Part shown: piece by piece, positions 1-9,000 of the stretch
Position numbering within the stretch: the first letter of the stretch is position 1
How the letters are laid out: each line of letters starts with the position of its first letter
Assembly: GCA_048939765.1 (NCBI GenBank)
Contig: JBHLPF010000043.1
Location: forward strand, 1-23,918
Direction: 5' to 3'
DNA: 23,918 bases
Origin: Promethearchaeota archaeon
Lineage (GTDB): Archaea; Asgardarchaeota; Thorarchaeia; Thorarchaeales; Thorarchaeaceae
The notes under the pieces: model-generated
The model's input: only the letters and a program-made list of their open reading frames with translations
Database searches by the model: none
Told to the model about the DNA's origin: nothing
Translations under genes and position numbers: made by a program

Positions 1-3000
1 ACAATTGGATTTAGAACATCGCTTGGAATCCACACTTCTGGGCTTAGCTACACAGATGATTATCTTCCAGGCACATCGTTCTCAATAGTCAATGGCAGCT
101 TGGCTGTCTGGACAGCAAATGTACTAGTGTCCCCTCCTCCTGAGATAGAATCGATTTCGTTTGAGTTGTCCTATCCAGAAGGCGAATGGTATCCGTTCTC
201 TGTCAAGAGCCCCTCAGGATTAGAGAAGTCATTTGCAGCTGACTGGACATGCTTTGACGGGAGGCTGATTGTTGCTTCAACAGCGATTGATGAATATGGT
301 ATGTGGAGAATACAATTCCAAGATAGAAATCATGTCTTTGAAACGCAAATGGGTCCGGCGGGAGGACCTTATTCCTCGTCAGGGGAGTTTTCGATAGGTG
401 AAGATATCGTACTCCGGTCGTGGAGCTCCGGAACCATGAGTTCGGCCATAACTATTGATTTGACAGATCCATCTGGCTCAACATGGTATTCCGGACTCAC
501 AACATTCCAGGGACTGAGATTCACTCTGCCATACTCTCACAGAAAATATCTAACTATCAGTCACCAGAATGTTGCAGAAGATCTTGTCAACTTCCCCGTG
601 CTTGTTGACATGTATGACACCGACCTTCGAACGGATGTTCGTTCAGACGGTCGGGATATTGCCTTTGCGATTGGCGAAGTGACACTTGCACATGAGATTG
701 AGCTATTCGACCAGACATTCAACTCAACGCATGCGCATCTCGCAGCATGGGTAAAGGTACCGTTGCTTTCAGGTTCGAGCGATACTGCAATTAGCATGTA
801 TTACGGCAACCCCTTGGCGCCGATAGTCTATGATTCAGGACCAGTGTGGGATTCTGGGTATCTTGGCGTCTGGCACCTATCAGAGAGTGGAACTGGAGCG
901 CTTGATGAATACCTTGATAGCAGTCAGTATAAGAATCATGGCCAGGGAGGAGAAGGAGCGGCCACTTTTGTGCCAACTCAAGTTTCGGGCAAGATTGGAT
1001 TTGGACAGGACTTCAATAATCTTGATGGAAACTATGACCTTATTGACTGCGGAGATAGTCCGCTTTGGAACATTGATGGGTACCAGCTAACACTTGAAGC
1101 ATGGGTGCAACATGATATCACTCCCAATACACACATCTATGGAATAATGAATCACAAGGGGTGGTATAATGGTTACAGCCTATGGATCAATAACGGAGAA
1201 GGTTCAACTCTAAAGCCCGTCTTCAACGTCCAAGGAGAAACCCATCAGCTAGTAGGAGCTAATGATGTGACGGGCGGATCTTGGCACCATGTTGTAGCTA
1301 CTTATGATGGCACCTTGATGAGAATCTACGTTGACGGAGTACAGGATCCAAATGTCCTCCAAAAGAGTGACACAATACTGGCCTCCACAGCTGAGCAAGG
1401 CTTTTGGATTGGTCATGGCGACCAGCCAAAGGATGTTGGCTGGAGCGGGGAATATGAGGGTCAAATTGATGAAGTTCGCATCTCAGATGTTACGCGTTCG
1501 GCCGGTTGGATTCAGACCCAATTTCAGAATCAAGACAATCCAAGCAGCTTCTTCTCTGTCAGCGCAGAGCAGTCCCCAGGTTATTCAGAATCTGAGAGTA
1601 TCGCACTTGATTCTTCTGCACCTGCAGGAGTCTGGCATGCTACTGCCAGACTTACGGATAGCGGATTCAATGTCGGTCATAGAGTGGGGATATTCAGTCG
1701 AAGCTTTGTTGTGAAACGAGGCGCTTCGCTGAAACTCACAGCACCGGGTGATGCAATATCCGATGGAATCTCAGCTAAGCTCATAGGTGAGGGTCTGCAT
1801 GTTGAGTACGAGCTGTCCGATTTACTTACCTCTCTTCCAATAAGCGGTGCTACAATGACAATGAACTGGACAGTTGGCGGTGTTCCTGCTCAAGTTCAGC
1901 TCAATGACTATGGAGATGGGCGGTACGGAAAAGTCTTGAATACCACAGATTTGGGTACGGCCCAACGTTGGCGTTTTGAACTTACCTCATCACATCAATA
2001 TTATAGTGATGCAAGCAGCGTCTTCTTCCTAGACTTATCGCATCAGACCTATCTCACATATGAACCCCCATCAGATACTGCATACGGTGACGACTTCACC
2101 ATAAGAGTAACACTCAGAGACTTGTTCAACAGTCAACCCTTGGCCAATGCAGGATTCGCCAGCAACGGGACCATTGTAGGCATGCCTGTAGACTACGGAA
2201 ATGGAACATATCTCTTGACCATTGACAGCTCGTCACTCTCAACTGGTGCTCACACATTTAGATTCACAGCGACTCCGGCGGATTCATACCGCCTGAGTAG
2301 CTCAATTGATGTACAATTTGTGTATAGAGAAGTTGCCACGGATGCGTATCCACAAAGCTCTGATCCAGTTGAAATCCCTTGGAGACAACAAGCCACCGTC
2401 ACGATACATTGGTATGATTTGGACCACTCAGGAATAGGCATAGAAGGAGGTACTGCTAGTATCGTTCCCTCGGTCACTATTCAAACAGCGGATGTTGGAG
2501 GAGGAGATTATACTCTAACAATAGACACGAGTTCGTATCTAGTTGGCACCTACGCATTTGATGTAACTCTATCAAAGGCTAACTACCAAGATGCGACTAC
2601 AATTGTTACCGTGATAGTGAAAGTACATAGTACATCATTAAGTGCAGATTATAGTCCATCAACGCCAGTGGGAACGAACACCTATTTCGACATCTCATTC
2701 CTTGATATCGATGGAGGTTCAGTTGGAATAGGCGTTGGCAATCTGAGTCAGGTGACACTAGACTGGGGTAGTGGACCTCAAGCATTCTTCCCCTATGGAT
2801 TTTCGTTGGATACAAGTGCTTGGCCTATAGGGGTATATACAATCAACATTACAGTCTATGCATCTATAGCACCTCGATACTATTCGGACGCTACAATTTC
2901 CGTTGACCTCGAAATCAGAAAGCTTGAGGCCTATGTGAGCTGGGAACATCTTGAGCCATTCCCGAATGGTGATGACTTCATTATGTTTGTTCATCTGAAT

Positions 3001-6000
3001 ATTAGCGAACCAGGAACATTGATTGATGGAGACCCCATCAATGGATTGACTCAAGCATACTTCACTGCGAGGAATGAAACTGGCTGGCAATATACATTGG
3101 AGAGCTTTGCATTCCTCGGTGAGGGTCGATACCAGATTGCCATAGATCAAAGCAACTTCCTGGAAGGAGAATACACAATTGTAGTTTACGTCGACTTTCT
3201 GCCTGCAGAGAACTATCTCGATTCACAGACACCAGTAATAACATTTACCTATAGGCCCATCTTGACCTATTTGTCGTCTGATGATTATCCAACAGTGACA
3301 ACTACCTATGACACAAATGTGACTATCACACTCAATTATGTGGACATAGACAACAATGTCAATATCACTACAGGCTGGATTACAGCAGAAGGTGCGTCTA
3401 TCACCTGGCTACATCTAGGTGACGGAATCTACGAAGTGCTCGTAATTGTGCAGGATTGGGATCTGGGAACACATGAGGTCAATATTACTGCAGACGCCCC
3501 AAGCTATCAGGCCAAGACCCTGACGTTCGAGGTTTTGGTGCAAATCGCCTACGCCTATGCTCGGTCTTCTGAATCATCAATTGATCTTCCATTAGGAGAC
3601 ACAGCTATCTTTTACGTGGACTACTGGGACATTATTCACGATGAAGCTATACTTGGTGCAACAATCGACCATAACTGGACTCACGCTTTGACAGTAATCT
3701 GGACAGGTTCACAATACCGAGTCGAGCTCCCTAGCCTTGATACAGATTCCTTAGGCAGCTTTTTCATTCTGTTCAATGTTTCCAAGGGTTCGAACTATCA
3801 GTTTGGATACTTCAATGTGAGCCTGACTCTCAGGACCCATTACACAGATTTCAGACTTGGCAGCGCTGTCGAACCAACAACTTACATTGGCATGGTTAAT
3901 ATTTCGGTATACTACGGCGACTTAGACAACGATATTGGTATCACCTCTCAATATGCAAATGCTTCAGTCTACAGTGATACCCGTTGGATTGACGCATCCC
4001 TTGAGAACGACACATCTCAAGGTGATGGATACTATATCATAAGATTCCCAGCATCGATTCTCGGTCCGGAGGGAATCTTTAACTTCACCGTCTATTTCAA
4101 TTGGACGGGACCAAGCCAGCAGTTCTATAACGGCATAATAATAGCATCTGTCAATATTATAGGTGAAGAGTCGAATTTAGGTCTCGAGGATTCACCCGGA
4201 CCCACTCCATACCTGGAGAATATGACGTACACATATTTCTACAGCGAGCTTTACAGCGGACAAGGAATATCCAATGCATCAACTGGCAATGTATTCATTT
4301 TCGTTGATTTCATTGGCGAATCTATTGATCCATCATTAGTAACGATTCTTGAGGGCCTACCAGGACACTATAGTATAGAGTTCAATTCCACAATTTTCGG
4401 AAGACCCGGCGTATTCTCCATGACTGTACAGGTGAATTGGTCTGTTTCAGCCGAACCCGCTTATGGCAATCAAACTGATACCATAACCGTACGGGTTATC
4501 CCAAGAAACACCGTGGTATCTGTGACCCCGCCAGATAACACTGCTTATGGTGTCAATGCCACATTCTCATTCTCGTATGACGATGTATCTGGCGCTATTC
4601 CGTCCGCTATTCCCAGGGACTCACAGATGATAGTCAATATGAACTTGCCAGACTACACAATCAGCTATAATTCAACAACTAGACAGTTCCATGTATCCTT
4701 CAACACCAGTGTTCTAGGTGCATCTCTTGGAAGCAAGCAGTTCACCATTAGCATTACTTGGATTGGCTCACCATTCTATGCAAATATCACAGCAAGAACC
4801 ATCTTTCTCACTGTATCCAACAGAGAAACGTCGTTGGATTTTGCTACACCCAGTCCCACTCCATATGGAGAAATGGCTACATTTACTGTGACCTATCTGG
4901 ATGTCGCAGGAGCAGCTCCTAGTCCAATTGATGATGGAACAATTGCATTGTACAACGACTCTCAGCCAGTTCCAGTTTCATTCTACAGCTATGTTCCTGT
5001 TGGAAACGGTCAATACACCATTGAGTTGAATACAAGCTATTTCTCTAGACCAGACTCCTATAATCTAGAGATTCAAATCACCACAACTCACTTCTACTAT
5101 CTTGATGCTACGGGTTCGCGGATACTCAATGTTCGATATAGAATCACCACGCTTACAGCTGAATCCGTCGGGATCGTATCGTACAATTCATCAATCCCAA
5201 TAGTGTTACACTATAGTGATCTATTCTCTCTTACACCAATCGGGAATAGCTCCCTACTGACAGGCATAGAGATTCTCAATGGAAGCTCTTGGCACTTTAC
5301 AGCAGATTGGCGTGGTGTTTCTCAAGATTACTTGGTCACTGTGCAGACATTCAATCAGATCCTTTACGTTGATACAGACTATGTGCTTTGGATTCGATTC
5401 ACCTACGCAGATGCTGCACCATTCTACCTTCCCGCAGAAACTTTCGTGTCCTTCAGACTCAGGGGACGCACAACGTATCTAGATGTCACTGAATCACCAT
5501 TGCCTACTCCGTATCTAGACTTTGTCAATTTCACAGTTACATATCGTGACTTGGAGTCATCTGCTCGGATCGGAGGTGCAAACATTGTACTTTCTATTGA
5601 CACAGTTGATCTTATCGAGGGTACAGAATACATTCTGCAGACAAGTGGTGATGGCATCTATTATCTGTCGATCAATACTACTGCGATAGGGACTCCGGGC
5701 ACCACAAAAAGCCTTGTAGTAACTGCTGAGTGGACCTCGGGAGCCCCCTACTACACGGACTGCACAATTGCTTTGACTGTATCAGTATTAGTACGACCCG
5801 CAAGTGTCAGAATTATCAGCTCACCATCGCAGGTCAGGTTCCTCGATAACATCACATTCGTATTCAGCTATAGTGACGACAATACGGATGATTTCATCTC
5901 GCTAACAAAGAGCATGGTGTCAATCTACAGTGCAGGAAGCCTCCTTCAAGGCAGCGACTTCATGATGGCTTTCGTTGGCAATGGATATAGAATTGGAATC

Positions 6001-9000
6001 AATTCAGCTATCTTGAGTCCTAATCTAGTAACCAATTGGAATGTCACAGTCTTTGTCGATTGGTCTTTCACGGTTGCCCCGTACTATTCAGATGATGCAG
6101 CATCGGTGGGTGTCACTGTCATCAATAGGGTTGGATCCATAAGCCTTGGCAATGCTCCAGCAACTCCAATTGGCGACAATATGACACTTGCTTTCTCCTA
6201 CGAAGATCAGGACAATGGATTGGGAATTGGTGATGCCATAGTCGTGTTTGATTGTCTAAGTCCGAGTGGGCTTGCCGAGGATGTTGACTTCTGGGTAGTT
6301 AGGGGTGTTGGCATTGAGTTTGGTGAGTACACGATTTTGGTTGATACAGACAAGCTTACCGGAGTTGGCCTGTACACATTCTCCTTGCGCCTTCAGTGGA
6401 ATCCGTCCGTCGCACCCTATTATCGGAATGCCTCAGAGGTATTTCTTGTTGGTTCAGTCAGGCTGATTCAATCTCAATTGGAGTATGAAGAACCAACGCC
6501 AACAACAGTACCTATCAACGACAATGTGAGTGTGGTTCTCACACTAGCTGATGCAGATCACTTGTTGCCAATAGCCGGAGCTGAAAACAACATCAGTGTC
6601 ACATACAAATCAGATGGTTCTACTCCGTCGATATGGAGTATAACTGTGGTCGCTCCAGGGATGTACGGACTGGTGGTGAACTGCACTGATGCAGGCTCCA
6701 GCGGTACAAATGCACTTGTGATACAAATTGACCTGAGCAACTACCAATTTGCTGAGGTTCAGGTACCAATACAGATTCGGGCCAGGCAGGGTGTGTTGAC
6801 GAAAGTAGAATCACCTGAAGCTTACTTTGGTGAGCAGACTTATGCAATTGTTGAACTAGTAGATATTGATGCATCATCTGCTCCAATACAGGATGCTATA
6901 TTGAATCGAATATGGCCTGAAACTTCAAGCTATATCTACATTGGAAATGGAATGTACAACATTACTCTTGACACAACTTCTTTGGATGCAGACCTCTACA
7001 CCCTTATAGTGAGCGCTCAAAAGGCTGACTACTTCATTCCGGAAATTTCCATCTCAATAAGGGTGCTTAGCATTCCAACAGGAATTATTCTGCCTCAGAC
7101 AGTTCCGGATGTCTATTGGGGAGAAAGCGTTTCAATTTGGGCTATCTTCAATGACACTCGGAGCGGCACTCTCATTCCTGGAGCCACTGTCAGCTATCAG
7201 TTCGGCATTTTGAGTGGAAGTCTTGCAGAGGGAGCACCGGGGAATTACTCGTTTACGATTGATACCGGAAACCTTCCTCTCGCTACAACATATCTCGTGT
7301 CGATAAGTGCTAGTCTTGATAATTATGTCACAGTTACAGGGCAAATCACCGTGAATATCTTGCGATTGAATCTTGAACTTACAATAGTGGATGGTCTAAA
7401 TAGCCAGGAGATCTACAAAGGTGAACCAGCAAACATCACCGTATTTGTTCGTGATGCATACAATGATGTGCCTCTAACGGGGGCTTCGGTATCAGCAAAG
7501 TGGGTCTTTGACTTGGTTGGCGTGTCGTTAACGCCAGTTCCAGGAATGGATGGATATTATACAGGACTCATCACAACAGCGGCGGCGAGCCCTACGACGT
7601 ATTCAATTGTTGTGAGTGTCGAAAAGACCAACTATCTCACTACTACTTCTTCTGCGGAGGTTGAAATCAAGCAGATTCTGACCAGGGTGGATTTAGACCC
7701 ATTGACTGAAACTTATGGTAGTCGGATTTTCAATTGGACCGATACTATTCGAATTGGGGTGTTTGTGCTTGTACCTTCTTTGAATGATACTGGATTATCA
7801 AACTGCACAGTGACTTGGTTGCTTTCAGGAACATTCCTGACAGGCGAATTCCTGAACGGTTCATCAATTGGAGGGCCAGGCTACTTCTACTATGACTTCA
7901 ATACCTGGGAGTTTAATGCGACTACGTACACTCTAAGGTTTACTGCATACCCATGGATTGGTGCATTTGACACATCCAGCAATATGACAACCATAACAAT
8001 CAGACCTGTTCAAACAACAGTTGAATCCTCATTCGTGCCACCCAAGGTGTGGGGATGGGCCGGCTGGGTGAACCTAACATATTGGAACCTTATGGAAGAT
8101 AGAGGAGTTGTTGCAGCTGAGGTCGGAATTGACTGGGAAGGAATCGAGCAACGGTCAAGGTACGCTATCGACGGCATATATCAGGTATGGGTCAACACGT
8201 CCCTAGTAGGTCCCGGCGTATACACAATGGTTGTCAGCTTCCTGAAACAAAATTATGAAGGTGGGACCGGAGTCATCACACTGACAGTAGTCGAAGTTCC
8301 GACAGAAATTGCAGTTTACGCCCCATCACAGTATAAAATCGAGGGCAATGCCTTGAATCTCCAGATTCCTTATGGTGACAGCCTCTCAATTACGCTGTTC
8401 TATAATGACACGTGGTATAACCGAGGCATATCCAATGCTTCAGAGTTGACCTCCGTTATTATAGGCCCATCGATTCCAGACAAAGACAACCTACTGATTT
8501 CGGAACTCTCTTCTGGTAACTACAGTTTATTCATTGATTCTTCTCGTTGGATAGTCAGCGATACCCGGTATCGAATTGTTGTGAATCTTGGACTGGAAAA
8601 TCGAAGCAGATCTACGCTCAATCTCTATGTCACCATAATCAACATCCCAACGGCACTCACTGCCAATCAGGAAACCATCCCGATGAGCTATAGTCAGACA
8701 ACTACTGTCCTAGTGTTCTATTATGACATCTGGGAAGGCCACAACAATCGAGGACTTCCAGATGGTGACGTGAACGCGACTAGCTTGAACGAAGAATTCG
8801 TAGTCGCACGAGTGATGCCACAAGAGGGCATGGATCCCGGTTGGTATGAAATCACGTTGTTATCACAACGCAGTCAGGGGTCTGTAGTGGTCCTCATTGA
8901 GCTGTCAAAAGAGAATTGTGAGTCGGCGATAGTATCTGTTGCAGTTTCAGTAGAACCATCTGATTTTGACCTTCTCCTTGAACGTTCATTGCTCTATGGC

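Noticed and set aside
100-102. TTG start proposed for ORF1 by the ORF track
   Set aside because: The frame is open to base 1, the upstream codons are homologous to internal ORF2 sequence, and no signal peptide follows this TTG.
514-1590. Inserted cassette as an intein or mobile element
   Set aside because: There is no Cys/Ser-start or His-Asn-end splice motif, no endonuclease or transposase motif, and no visible terminal repeats. It is an ordinary in-frame domain insertion.
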